A DNA stretch of 62,936 nt, filler included, from Corallochytrium limacisporum Hawaii (GCA_002811645.1; 5 parts of 5 records of this genome joined end to end with filler, not necessarily neighbours in it), one strand, 5' to 3'. Numbered from the whole stretch's first letter, positions 23,808 to 36,524 are shown. A program made the numbers and translations. Notes: generated by a model from the sequence alone, not told the origin.

Positions 23808-25265
23808 ATGCTCTCAACTGATGAAACATTGGACGTACTCAAGGCTACGTTCACCCTTGTCACAACATCCATTGGTGCCGGAATCCTGTCTATTCCGTAT
23901 GGGTTTGCCACGCTTGGTTGGTGGACTTTTGCTATCATCTTCATTGTGAGCATCCTGATGCTCATCGGAGCTCTCTATCTGAATGAGGCTCTGAAAGTGT
24001 CCAAGTCTTTCACATATGTTGCTTTGGCAGAGGAACATCTTGGACCAATTGGTAAGTTTGTTCTTCAATTAGCCTTGGTTTTCAACACATACTTCGTGGC
24101 CATCATTTATGTCATCCTCGCTGCATCTTCCTTCCAGGCTGTTTTCGCCAACGTCACGGACCTTGACTACATCATCTGGGTCGTGATTACAGTCATTGCC
24201 ATGTGGCCGATTGGCATGCTCCCGGAAGTGAAAGATATGGCCCCCATGTTGGTCTTTGCTGCCATTTGTTCCTATGGTGTTGCTATTGTGATCCTGATAG
24301 AGGCTGGCCAGGATGTTGGCGACCCCATCGAATTCGAGACCCCAGAGAGTGTCAGTCTGTCCATGGGCATTAATGCAGTCTCTACGTTCATTTTTGCTTA
24401 CACTTTCGCGGTACTGATTCCTAATACCCGTCGTAACATGAAATACCCGAAGAACATGCACTACCCCATCATCTTGGTAGTCTTATGTTTGTTGACGATC
24501 TACGCGCTGGTCGGTTCCATCAACCATGCTGCTTATGGCTGTGAAATTCCTTCCAACATTCTCACCAAATATGATCGCAACATTCCTTGGTATATTGCCA
24601 ATCTTTTGCTGGCTGGTCACATGCTTGTTGCAGCACCACTATTACTGAATCCATTTGTTATCACCATTGAAAGCTTCCTTCTGAAGATCGAAATCAGCTA
24701 CACACAGGCCGTAGCCGAGTCAGGTGCTGTTGACACAGCGCGATCAGCAGACGTAGAATCTGACGTCGCTGTGGTGGAACCAAGCAAGGCAGAGATGGGT
24801 GCCAGTAAATTCGAGGCCAGTAAATTTGAGGCTGAGATTGACAAGCTACCTGTAAATGCTGCCCATGAGGAGCGCTTGTATGGCTCAGCCAAGAATGAAA
24901 TGGATGGCAACTGGTTCCACCGCAATCGTTTTGGATTGGGACGTATCGTGCTGCGTACTATCGTCTGGGCCAGCATCCTGTTCGTTGCTCTCCTAATTCC
25001 CTTCTTCGGCTCTCTCGAAGAGGCTGTAGTTGGTTTGGCCCTGACAGTCCAAACCATGGTTGGCCCCATGGTCATCTACTGGGCGATTAACCGCAACACT
25101 TTGACCTTGCAGTGGAAGGTCACCTTTGGCTTAATCGTTGCGGTGCTTGTTGTCTTTGCAGGTTTTGCCACATACTACTCCATCCATGACATTGTTGAAG
25201 CCGCAAGTAGTTTCAGAGTCTTTCACGTCACGCCCGACAGCGGCGATCTTCTTTGCCCGATCTAG
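23808..25265 (+). CDS. Amino-acid/auxin permease (AAAP/Aa_trans, SLC32/36/38-like) transporter
   Basis: IGAGILSIPYGFATLGW, TY..LAE..LG, FIFAY and MKYPK motifs; ~11 hydrophobic segments. Confidence 0.93.
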   Translation: MLSTDETLDVLKATFTLVTTSIGAGILSIPYGFATLGWWTFAIIFIVSILMLIGALYLNEALKVSKSFTYVALAEEHLGPIGKFVLQLALVFNTYFVAIIYVILAASSFQAVFANVTDLDYIIWVVITVIAMWPIGMLPEVKDMAPMLVFAAICSYGVAIVILIEAGQDVGDPIEFETPESVSLSMGINAVSTFIFAYTFAVLIPNTRRNMKYPKNMHYPIILVVLCLLTIYALVGSINHAAYGCEIPSNILTKYDRNIPWYIANLLLAGHMLVAAPLLLNPFVITIESFLLKIEISYTQAVAESGAVDTARSADVESDVAVVEPSKAEMGASKFEASKFEAEIDKLPVNAAHEERLYGSAKNEMDGNWFHRNRFGLGRIVLRTIVWASILFVALLIPFFGSLEEAVVGLALTVQTMVGPMVIYWAINRNTLTLQWKVTFGLIVAVLVVFAGFATYYSIHDIVEAASSFRVFHVTPDSGDLLCPI

Positions 25266-26833
25266 ACGCTCTGCCAAATCACCCTTTCAACTTTGGTCGG
25301 TGGTCACAGGTCCCCAGCCAAGAGCATCTTGCGGTGGTCCCAGCGCCGCTACCTCCCCCAACCAAACCCACTCTATAGATACCCACCCCAATACACACAA
25401 TTGTTACACAGTCTACTCCCTACATACCAACTGTGAGGTATAAGCATTATTTCGCAAGTCTTTTCTTGTTTTTTTCTTGTTTTCTTTTTTCTCCATGTCA
25501 CTCAGAATCAGTACATACCTTCACCCGTTCGAATCCACCACAGGGTCGGGTCCATACAATCTCACCGCCACAGTGTAAAACAGAATGTCATGAATTTTCA
25601 ACAAAGTTAGGTGAACTGGGGCAATCTCGAGGTTTTCATTCGGGCCTTGGTACAGTCGCGCATAGCATGGTGGAGACTCTTTACCGCTTGCCTAGATTAC
25701 TAGAGAGTCCATTGGTTGACATTCTCGCCATCTCCAAGGAACAGAAACCGAGGAGTCAATTGATTGATCATGCGCAGCACGCATCCATCAAAACACTGGA
25801 GTCCTAATACCTGAGCAGAAGTAGATTAAAAATTTTATCGGGTCCCGAGTGTGCACGGGAGATCTGCGAAAAGATAAAAACGAAGAATTGGCCGGAGGGC
25901 CTGACCGGTCTGGGTTGGTGTCTCAGGTGGGTATCCGACCACTACATTAATGGCCTGTCTGACGTCCAGAGCTCCTCTACCCCTGTATCATAGGGAGGTA
26001 GTATACATTGGGCTTTCCTTGAGCTGAACATCCTGCCGCAGTGTACTACAGCAGGTTTGGTAGGGGGCCCAAGAAGGAGCCCAATGAGTACTCATCGTGA
26101 ACAGTGACTTCAAGGTCATTTACAGTATCCAAGACCGAAGGGAACTTGGATGAACGAGGCACGTTCTGTATGAGCTATCAATGCGCAGACCGAAGCGAGT
26201 TGCACCGTCTTTCTCAACAAAGCAACAATGATTAACAAATTGGGACACATTCAGAGGTCAAATGCTACAACCAGGAAGGTCCACTCCCCCAAGGGGCCCG
26301 TAAACGCAACCCGGACGGCTGGCGATACCTACGTATACCCAAAATGGCGCGCCGCTGATAGAAAACGACAGCTCACAACCATGACGGGAATGAGAAAGGA
26401 TATGGTTGGTGATAGCAATATCCGTTCACTGGAAAACTTCGGCCGGTTTTCGCATGAAGGAGCTAGTTCTGCTTCTATGGGAATGAAGGAGCAGGCGCCA
26501 AGGGAGCACCATTCCAAGGTAGCTAGCGACGCAGCAGATGACCGACCAGTGGGAGTGAGGCGAGAAAGTTGAAGCGGAGACGACATTGTGTGCACACACT
26601 CTAGTTTTCCACCAACTTCATGGCATAGTCACTATTTAACCATGTAACACGTCCTTTCAGTGTACTAGGCCAACGTCAACTGCGGCAAAGGAGATCTGAT
26701 TAGATCGGGGAAAGATCAGGGTGACCAGAAAGGTACATGTATGCAGTAGCGTCAGCGAAGCAATGGCTAGAAATTGACAAACAAAAACACACTACAATTT
26801 TCAAGAACTTGATGTAGAACATCATATATCAAC

Positions 26834-27478
26834 ATGTCCTCCGCCGCAGTATACGTTGTCCTGAAGGCCATTCTGATCGTCACCAACTTCGTGGTTGGTG
26901 GTTTGCTGGTTGACTCTGAATTGTTCGCCTTACGTGAAGTCGAGTTTCTGACGGCTGTTGGCTTTAATGAAAATTTAAATGACGGTACGGTGGAATTTTT
27001 CCTTGATCCCGGTGAAAAGCTACTCACCACCCGTCAGCAGACAGTCGTCACTGGTCTTGCTGTCGGTGCCCTGCTGGGTGGCAGTCTTGCTTTCCTTCTT
27101 CTTGTTGCCCACGGGTACTTCTCCATCATGGTATCCAGTGAGATTACGTCTCACTTTTTACTGACCAGCACAGTTTTGGCAGCGTTATGGGCGGCTGTCC
27201 TACTCAGTTTGACCTCCGCCTTTACTGCTGTCTTCGTGTCTGATAAGATTTTTTTCGCTCCGGAGGCCGATGCCATAGACGGTGACAATGGTGGAATCGC
27301 CACCGTCCCTCTCAGCATCTTTAACAGCGACTTCCCAAATCGCAATGACTACATCACTATTGTGGTGTTTGGTTTTCTCTCCGGTCTTCTCTGGATCTTC
27401 GATGCTATCACCAACCTAGGTTACACCTCCAGTCATCGCCGAGCGGAGGGCGGTGCTGCAGTCAAGGACACTGTGTAG
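26834..27478 (+). CDS. Four-TM MARVEL-like membrane protein (family B, member 1)
   Basis: Four hydrophobic helices; shares IF.S[DN][FY]P....YI....GF....W..D with 33998 and 41602. Confidence 0.82.
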   Translation: MSSAAVYVVLKAILIVTNFVVGGLLVDSELFALREVEFLTAVGFNENLNDGTVEFFLDPGEKLLTTRQQTVVTGLAVGALLGGSLAFLLLVAHGYFSIMVSSEITSHFLLTSTVLAALWAAVLLSLTSAFTAVFVSDKIFFAPEADAIDGDNGGIATVPLSIFNSDFPNRNDYITIVVFGFLSGLLWIFDAITNLGYTSSHRRAEGGAAVKDTV

Positions 27479-29401
27479 AACAGAGTTTCACACACGGACA
27501 CTATATATGGGACAATACTGATTCATGCCTGTCCGGTTGCAGTCCCCTGCTCCTCTTCCCTTTGTGTTCTATTTCGCCTGGACACGTCAATCTACCTCCT
27601 TCGGCATCACTTCTCGGCCTATGACGCTGCACACGAAACACAAAAGCTGAGTCGTCTCTGGAACTTGGCCCATGGCAGCCATACTTGGGGATCACTCCGA
27701 GGTACACCACCTTCCTGTGCCGTACACAGCGATTGCGTAATATTCAGACCCTGGCACACTTTGAAATCCAGTACTCTTCCTTCCCAAAGGGACGGTACTG
27801 TTCGTTATTCAACAGGCAACCAGAAAGAAGTCTGTATGACAGTCAGGAGGCTAAATGGACTCCCAAAAAATTGAAATCATGCATCTCATGTGAGCCTTGA
27901 CAAAGCAGCAACACAAGAGGTGTACTTGTGCACCAAAATTCGCATGCCACGGTCCCAGAACTGTTGCTCGTACGTATCCGTTTCAAAAAAAAAGGCAGAG
28001 AGATGAGCCATGCCCTCTACACCATACGCATGTCCATAGTGTAGAAAAGCATGACCGTAGTCTAGACTAGGGGTTTCATTTTTACTCTTGTTGGTGTCTT
28101 TGGTGGGCCGTAAGCTAACTCTGCACCACCGGATCGCGCAGGACCCCATCCTTGTCACTGGGTGTAGTACCGAAACTACAAATTCCCAAGGGCGCAGTAG
28201 GGACCCGAAATCCCTACCTGCTCGCCAGTGGTACGTACTCTTTTCACTCATTCTTTTTTCCCTAGAAAATTTTGTGCCGTGGGTAAGGTGGCGTTATACA
28301 TTAATGGGCGTACCAACAGCACCTTAAGCCGACAATACAAACACCCCCCCCCAAACACTACTTACCGGTATGTATTTTTTTCTTTTCATTCATTCTTTCC
28401 CTAGAAGAGGGTGGCAATAAACCTCAATCTACACCCACTATTACGCGCACTTCAACGGTGAGAAAACCTGGCCGTACCACCGGCAGTTAAGTATTCATAC
28501 CAATCTCAAGAAGTCGTGGGGATATGGGAGACACTTCGGACGACGGGCGACAGCGTTTCTGACTGGATGATTAAATAGCCATATAGGTGCTCAAAGTAAG
28601 GGTCATATTCGTGAGCACTGAACAAGAGATGGTTAGACGAAACCTGCGATCCGGAGCATGGGAATAGCTGACAACATCTTTTGCGTACTGTGTACTACTT
28701 GTGGCTACCGTTACCACAATTTCTACTGCTCAACAAGCATCCTGGTCTAGTACCCAAGCAGTAGAAGAAAGTTCACTCCGGTGACTCTTGTCCCACCATA
28801 CAAAGTTTGGTCTGACATATTGCCGTGCACCGGCAGGCCGCGTCACCAACACCTCAGATAAAATCTTCTCCGTCATCGGCGCATAAGTAAGTAGTATGGC
28901 TTTAGGCAAAGGAACGGTTGTGGCAGAGGAATGCCGGTGGTAGAATTTACTGCGGCAATCCCTAAGACCGATGGGGAGGGGCCATGAACGTCTGAATGCG
29001 AATGCGAAGTGGGAAAGGTGCATCACGCACTGATTGCGCTGTCTAAAGCTAATGCGAAGTGGGAAAGATACGTCACGCCTCGATTGCACCACAGCGCTCT
29101 CAAAATTTGGCTCAAGCAAACGGTCGTGTGAGTAATAACAGAATTTAGAGCCGCTTTTTGAGAACGCTATGGTACAATCGGATGCAGTATAACTTAGTTT
29201 GTCTTGCCATCGGCGGCTGCGCCACCAATTGCAACAACTATAATTGCTCATTCATACAACTCAACATTTGTATGCTAAGAAACATGTAGATTTTGCTCCC
29301 AGGTATTTCAGTCAACGGGTTCACGGATCCCAGAGCGATCCAAGATCAGTCGATCATCCAGTTGAGATTTTATCATCATCATCACCAAATTTTCGATCGC
29401 C

Positions 29402-29827
29402 ATGAAGAACATTAATGCCTGCGTCACCGTCGCCCTTGTAGGTGCCGGTTCTGCCTTTGCTGCCGTTGCTGGTCCATCTTTCGAACAAGCCGAACTGGAC
29501 GTCCGAGAGACTCTCATCAGTGGATTGGAGGAACAAATGTCTGTGGGACCAGCCGACCGGGACGGGATCACTTTCGGGCCCATGGACCCATACTACTGCG
29601 GAAGCTCAATCGTCGAGAAATTCGACGTAAGCATCGCCTGCCAGACATGGAAAATGGAGAATGGCCGCCCAGTTGCTACACACCCAGCTCCCATTACGGG
29701 CGAAATTTCCAGCAAGAACACGAAAACCATGAAGCCGCAGCAGTATCCCAAGAACAGTCTCATGTTCTGGAATTTGAACGGCATCCAAGTACTTGAAGAC
29801 CAGACTTTCAACACCAAGATCGGTTAG
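29402..29827 (+). CDS. Secreted protein of unknown function, apparently truncated by the telomere
   Basis: Signal peptide MKNINACVTVALVGAGSAFA; the stop TAG (29825-29827) lies inside the first TTAGGG. Confidence 0.7.
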   Translation: MKNINACVTVALVGAGSAFAAVAGPSFEQAELDVRETLISGLEEQMSVGPADRDGITFGPMDPYYCGSSIVEKFDVSIACQTWKMENGRPVATHPAPITGEISSKNTKTMKPQQYPKNSLMFWNLNGIQVLEDQTFNTKIG

Positions 29828-29853
29828 GGTTCGGTTAGGTTAGGGTTAGGGTT
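29824..29853 (+). repeat. Telomeric repeat (TTAGGG with variant units) at scaffold end
   Basis: ttaggg ttcgg ttagg ttaggg ttaggg tt, with the G-rich strand running toward the end. Confidence 0.8.
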
Positions 29854-29953
29854 NNNNNNNNNNNNNNNNNNNNNNNNNNNNNNNNNNNNNNNNNNNNTTA
29901 ATTAATTAANNNNNNNNNNNNNNNNNNNNNNNNNNNNNNNNNNNNNNNNNNNN
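29854..29953. other. Artificial scaffold spacer (44N-TTAATTAATTAA-44N); also at 53997-54096, 60570-60669, 61672-61771
   Basis: Identical 100-bp construct four times, with stop codons in all six frames. Confidence 0.97.
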
Positions 29954-31599
29954 CCGCTCTCCCAAGCGACGGCAGAGCTAAATCAAAAAGAGTAGATTTG
30001 ATACAATATTCCCAGACAGAGGGTGGTACCACCGTACATACTTTACAAGAAAGGCAAACAAAGGGAAAAAAATAGAGAAATAGGGGAATTGGGGGAGGGA
30101 GGGGGGAGGAGTTGAGATAGGTCGCGGCCGAAGGGAGGAGGAAAGCAAGAAAAAAAAACAAGGGAGGACTACATGCCAGTACATTCATTACGGAGAGAGT
30201 GGGGAGGAGGAGAGTGGCCCGACCGACAACGAAAGGATTTTTGTACCGTTGGAAGAAAGTGAGTGTCCCCCGAGGGTAAGAGTAGTACATTTACTATGAA
30301 ACCCTTCCCCGGGGAGGAAGGTGGGGCTTGCCTGTAAACGGAAGGGGTTAAGCCGTGTTTGGTGCAAGCGAACCCACCGGCCCGACGCGGGTCGTTGCTT
30401 CGGGCGTTGGCCATCGAGACCTATACATTCACTACTGGTTTCCCTGGTGAAAGGATCGGGGCTCCGGAGAATCTCTGTGGCCACCGTTGGGAACCGATGC
30501 GCTCCCCAAACGAGCCCCCACCGCATCACAAGACGGTGATGGTGGCTGCGCAGGCTTTACTTCCATATATTCATTATACAATTGCGCGTGTTTACATGGA
30601 GCAGGATGATCTCACACGCGAAAGCCACACACACACGCTCACTCACTCACACACGCGGCATACCTCAGCGGCCGGTGGGGATCCGAAAACCCGCTCGGAG
30701 ATTTTTTTGGAGGAGGGGAGGGGGGGGGGCCGATAAACATTTTCCTCCCTGCCCTCATTCTTTGTCCCTGGTGAGCCGCCAGGCCCCCCCCCCCGGGGCG
30801 GGGCTTCTCTCTCGCTCTCTCTCTCTCTCTTCCCCCCCCCCTCCAGGGCCAAGCGCCGGGGGGAAGGGGGCTGTCGGTTTTCAGATGACCGCCGCCACTG
30901 CCGACCGTACCCGGAACGACCCGCACCCCCCCTTCCCCGGGGGGCTTCCCTTGTGACCAACAACCTGGCCGACTATCGCAACCATCCACTCCACACGCCA
31001 ACCCAAAGGTACATCGTCTACCCCTGTTTGCTCGGTTCACTATCATGATCAAGTTCGTACGTTCCCGCAGTGGAAAGGACCAATGGTATCTGTCGAGGCG
31101 CATTGTGCTTTGCTCTCCTCGGTTATTATTCATCGTCATCACCGGAAATGGACAGTGGGCTTTGCGCAGGCCAGCACAAGTGATACGTTCCCGTCAAAAC
31201 CAAGAAAGATACCCTTGCTGTGCGCAGAATGGTGAAGTGGCAAGTGGATCATGATTGTGCCGCATACCTGTGTGTGCTGGGAGATGCGAGCAGAGTCATA
31301 CTGCCCCGGATGTTGAGACAACATGGTAGATCGAGGGTACGCAGGGACCGGGAACGAAGTTAGGACGGCGCCTCAACTCGGGCCGCCCTATTCTTGACGC
31401 GGTGTTACAGTGGCAGCATCAAGAGGCCATGGCCCAACATCAGGGCGCCTAAGATGCCCTGTACGAGACTGTATACGGAGAATGAGCACGCACTTGGGCC
31501 TTCATCCAGATTCAAATTTGGTGTCGCCGCATGGACCGAGTCTCAGAGGAGAGCACAAAACCGGCCCCAGGATGTCAAACGGGGGCCCAATATTCCATA

Positions 31600-33050
31600 T
31601 ACCAGGAGGTCACCAAAATGCGATCCGTGACTTGCTTCCGTGAATTCCTCAAGGTGTTGTAAGTGTCTACGACCGCGGAGCGATTGAGCGAGACCTCTAC
31701 GGTCTTTCGGCATCAATGACGAGACACAGGTGGTTCTAAAGACTTCTCAGCCCTGGGTCACTTTTGAAAGACGGCTTTTTCTTTTGTCCTAGACCATTGT
31801 TCTGGTCTAAACATCTCCGAGGCGTGGTGCAAACTCCCCCCTAGAGCATTACTAGCAAGCAGGAGGTAGCCTGGGGCATTTCGCGTAGGTGTCAGGTCCA
31901 AGTGGGCTGGTTGCGGTCTGGGTGAATTACTAGCTCATAAATCATGACTTACTCATGATGACTATGTCCGGAGCACTTGGGCTCCCGCCCCCGGGGGGGG
32001 GGGGGCCGGCAAAAAAAAAAGAGGAAAGGAAGGGGGAGGGGTTCGGTGTCCGTGGTTCGGTGCGCAAGTTTACCGGGGGTGTGGTGTGCTGAAGGGTAGG
32101 TAATGCACACGGTTGCATGTGGGCTGAAGAGCAATGGGACAACGCGTAGCTCTTGACGTGAAAACGAAGACCTAGAATCTTGGGTACCAACCGCTACATG
32201 GTAACCAAGCACATAACTGAGCGTAGCTGTTAAACAAGTGGGTGACCATCACACTCTGGAATCGATACCGGGCGGCCAGGTCCCGGGAATGTCCTGCATT
32301 TTTTGTCGGAAATCGTTCGCTAATTCATTCATGGCGGAGCCATGCACAAGATTAGCGGGTGAAGGAACAACTTTTCGGACCTCGATCCCCCCAGAACACA
32401 ACCCAGACACTTGTCCACACTTAGCTCCTTTGTGTCACTTCAGGCCCCCACTTGCCTGTGACCCACTCCCTGGGTCTCTAAGCTCTTCCCCTCCCCCTCC
32501 CCCCCTCCTTTATCCTTCCCTTTTTCTTTTATCGCTTGCCCCGCTGGTCGTACTTCGATAGTCCCTTCCCGGAAAGGGGAGGTGTTGGTCACGAGGTCCA
32601 GGGGACGACGGCCTTGTGACTTCTGTTGGTACAAGCTGGACAGAAACCGTAGGTGTGTGTGTATACCTGGTGAGAGGTTCAACACATGAATAGCCAACCA
32701 ATCACCAGAAGTGAGTTTGGTGACTCGTCCACGCGGGGCGGTCGGTTTTTATCGATTCAGTGATGAAGGGACAAAGTAGTTAGCCGACGAGGTGCTCGTC
32801 TTCTGGTGGTGCACAGGAGGTGCGTAATTCAATACCCGCTGACCAAACTTCATGGTTCCTGCCAACTCGGAGAACAACGAGAACAAGGGATCCAGTAACT
32901 TGCCACGGGCAACCATGTAAACCCCCAAGCCTGGGTGAAAACGTTGGATTCAGAGAAGAGGAAAGGAGCCGGTAATCAGCTCCTAGGAACGATAGCGTTT
33001 TTGGGTGTATGGCCCGTTTGCTTCGTGCTCTTGCAGTTTGGCCGTCTTTA
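31600..33050 (-). mobile_element. Possible very degenerate gypsy-like pol relic
   Basis: LSFLGADYR (~32965-32995), VGYS (~32690), QNNGL (~31795) and YNT (~31660) occur in the expected order; weak. Confidence 0.28.
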
Positions 33051-33997
33051 TTGTCACCATTAACATTCCTTTTGCTAACTCCTGTCGGTCTTGAGGGCGC
33101 CGCACCCGTCGGGTCCCAATTCTCTGCCCGCCTGTTCTTAGGAGCCAGAAACCTTTCAGTCGAAGGGGGGTGGGGGGTTGGGCTATGAAAGGTNNNNNNN
33201 NNNNNNNNNNNNNNNNNNNNNNNNNNNNNNNNNNNNNNNNNNNNNNNNNNNNNNNNNNNNNNNNNNNNNNNNNNNNNNNNNNNNNNNNNNNNNNNNNNNN
33301 NNNNNNNNNNNNNNNNNNNNNNNNNNNNNNNNNNNNNNNNNNNNNNNNNNNNNNNNNNNNNNNNNNNNNNNNNNNNNNNNNNGGGGGGGGGTTGGGCTAT
33401 GAAAGGTCCCTCCCCCTTTTACCTCTGGACCCCCTGTCCGTCTGTTTTATTCCCGGGTCGGACGAGCAATAGAGAGAGTTGGTGGTGGTGGTGTCCTTCC
33501 TGGCCATAATTCGATCTGATGGGTTCATGGTCCGGAGATGGGTGTCGGGGTGTGTGGTTGGACTGCGCGTAGGTAGTGTCTGTGCGTAGAGAAGGCAAGC
33601 AGGCATTGGAGATCTGAGGGACTAAGGACACGTATTCATGGAAATGAGAAAGGGGAAGAAGGGACAATGAACCAGTACGAAAGGCTGCCCTTAGGCTCGT
33701 TGCGGCCCCGTACTGATCTCGTTTCCTTACCAAATGCCCTACAGTGGATACCAATATTGTGCGCGGTAGGAACTGCCCTGCCATGTCCTCATCTGGCGAA
33801 ACACGCAAGCGTTCCTACTCTCAGCCCTCCTTCCCCTTCATGTAATCTCGTACAAATCTGACGTGAAGAGTCGGATGCGACAGTCTGGCACTTAATGTAT
33901 TTAAGTCGGCCAGGTCTCGACACTCTGGTCGCAAAACAAGCATGAGCAAACCGATTCTTTTTCCTTTACATTGCAGCTCACGCATTCAGATATCATC

Positions 33998-34552
33998 ATG
34001 AACTCCGTTGCGTACAGTATCTTCAGCATGCTCCTGGCGGCCGCCAACCTGATCGTCGGTGGTTTGTTGGTTGATTCTGATCTGTACCAGGATCTTTCCG
34101 AGATGAACTTATGTAAGACGATCTCAACCACGGGCCTTATTGTCGTCGGTCTCATCGGCGGTATCCTTTCTTTCTTGCTCCTTCCCGTTGTCTTGTATAG
34201 TATTCACAGCATGTCTGGCGGAAAAATGTTGAGGTTCCTGGACGTTAACAAAGTTCTGGCTTGGGCCTGGTTTGTGCTCATGCTCGGATTTTCCGCTGCC
34301 TTCACTGGGGTCTTCCTCAACGAGAAGGTCGAGATCCCAATCATGGAAGGATCCACTGTGGAGATGGTAAGCACCACCATCTTCTCCAGCAACTACCCGC
34401 ACAACAGTACTTACATCGCCGCGTCCATATTCGGTTTCATTTCTGCCGCCTGTTGGGCTGTTGACGCCGTCACTGTCAGCGCCTACCGCCGCCGTGCTGT
34501 GGAGGCGGCCAAAACCGATTGCGTTGACGGACTTGACAAGAACTTTGTCTAA
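33998..34552 (+). CDS. Four-TM MARVEL-like membrane protein (family B, member 2)
   Basis: NLIVGGLLVDSDL vs NFVVGGLLVDSEL in member 1; IFSSNYPHNSTYIAASIFGFISAACWAVD. Confidence 0.82.
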   Translation: MNSVAYSIFSMLLAAANLIVGGLLVDSDLYQDLSEMNLCKTISTTGLIVVGLIGGILSFLLLPVVLYSIHSMSGGKMLRFLDVNKVLAWAWFVLMLGFSAAFTGVFLNEKVEIPIMEGSTVEMVSTTIFSSNYPHNSTYIAASIFGFISAACWAVDAVTVSAYRRRAVEAAKTDCVDGLDKNFV

Positions 34553-34799
34553 GCTGAATTCCAGCGACAAAATACAGTACATTGCCATCCAGAGCTGCAG
34601 GCGACTTTTATATTAACTCACTGTATTGCACAAAAGCCTCCACAGGTATTGGAGTCTCGCATCGGTGGACGGCACAATACTCCTTGTCAGGGCTCCTGTC
34701 AATTGAGAGCATGAGATTGTGCTCAGGTGCTTCGAATTAAGCGGTCCGGGCGCACAAGTGAGTGCGCACAGTACACATGCGGGTCTGTGACGGATTTTC

Positions 34800-35300
34800 C
34801 TAGAGAAGCGTGGCCTCATAGTGTCGATTGGCCCAGTCCTTTGCTACGGGGATGGCCACGTACGCCGGATGGATAAATGACTACAGTAGTGGCCCACAAA
34901 ACAAAGTGGTAGTTGATGAACGATGGCGGGTTGCTTTCCGGCCATGAGAGGACCTGCCAGGACCCTAGGTGTTCCACCAATAGTCACCACCGTATCACAG
35001 TGAATTGACTGCACATGTACAAGGGTTTGATCACGGAAAGCGACACATGGACACATGGTTAGTATCTACAAACTTTGTTTGGTGCGTCTTCAAAGGCAGC
35101 TGGTTCCGCCCCAGACATCTGTCATGAAAGCAAAAGGAGACTGCTGGAAATGTACTGTGGACAATTTTGTGAGCATCGAACTCACGCTGCCGCCCTACGT
35201 GCCTTGACAGTGGTCTCACGATTTGCGTTTGAGCGGACAATCCTAGCAGTTTCGGTGGTGTGCGCGTTCGGACGCTAAACTCGGGATAGAACCGCCATGA
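34800..35300 (-). mobile_element. Degenerate retroelement integrase relic
   Basis: TFPAVSFCF, QTKFV and GTPRVL segments in integrase-core order, broken by frameshifts. Confidence 0.33.
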
Positions 35301-35785
35301 AAGCAGGAAGTCCTGACCTTTTCCCAAAAGTCCATGAGCACGATAAACCGACAACTGCCAGCAAGGGCCAGCCGACAATCCGGGGTCTTGGGTCGTGACT
35401 ACGTTTACCAGTGACGAAGACACCTTCCCACTGCCACCTAGGTCGCACGGAGCAAGTCTTTCCCACTTGTGCCCATGAACACCCATCTCCAACCACACGG
35501 GCTTGATGCTCAACCGCACTCAAAAACTTTTGCCACCGTGTGCGACCATGCGTGTTTCGGTTTGCTCTTAGTCTGGGTGCCGCGTTGCTGCAGCGCACGG
35601 AAATTTTGTTGCCGATTGGCCCGGGTCCCCGACACCCTCCGCCGGCAGGGGAGCCCCACACCCACCGAAAAAATGAAAGTTTTTGTCCAGAACGAAAGCA
35701 AAATTTTCTTTTATTTCTTTTTTCTTTTTTTGCGTTGGCAGTGTGTCCCGCCCAGCCCCGGTCTTACAGCGCGCGCCCGCAACGT

Positions 35786-35832
<47 letters not shown>

Positions 35833-36524
35833 CGCACCGCAATTTTTTTTACCGGGTTTTCGCCGCTGCTGCTGCTGCTTGCCCGCGCGGTGCGGTGTCC
35901 GCGTTTGGACTGCAAAAATAGCCACTTTTTCTTTTTTGTGGCGTGCGCGCGTTCTGAGGAAGGCAAGAGCGCGGGGAGAGGGACAGGGCCCCGGGCCAGG
36001 GAAGGAAGGGGGGAGGGGGGGTTTGGGGTGAGAGAGAGAGAGAGAGAGAGGGAGAGAGGCGAATGGTAGCGCCGGAGAAGAGGAGAGGGGGGGGGAAGGG
36101 GGGAGGGGAGACGCGTGTAGGCCTCTTGTTCTCAAGGGCAGCGGCGGCGCGTGCTCTGCATTCCCGGTAGGCGAGAGTATGTCGCACCCCAATGCAACGC
36201 AAGGTGGTAGTGCATTGTAGGCTAAGAAAATGGACACAGACACATTGCCTGCACTCTATACGCCCGGCCGTTAAAGATCGGATCGCTGAAGTGATGGCAC
36301 CCACATGGATTTGGCACAGAGCCGGCGACCAGGCATTGTTACTAGAAATTGTTCCATGCCGGGCTCCTGAGAAAATCCATTGGCCAAAAAATGTTTTTGG
36401 ATAATCTAAACCACTCTATTTTCTAAAACCATCGGAGAAAGCAAAGTTGTCCTCTCCGGCAGCTGATTTCCTGCGCACACTTTCAAGATCGATGCGGTGT
36501 GCAGTATGTACTTTGTTTGTACAT

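Noticed and set aside
25520-25550. GTTCGAATCC B-box-like motif as tRNA
   Set aside because: No cloverleaf, acceptor stem or A-box could be built.
29898-29909. TTAATTAATTAA as a biological motif
   Set aside because: Artificial spacer repeated four times between exactly 44 Ns, so adjacency across it is not evidence of linkage.
33173-33407. Direct repeat gggttgggctatgaaaggt on both sides of a gap
   Set aside because: Most likely overlapping contig ends left unmerged by the scaffolder.
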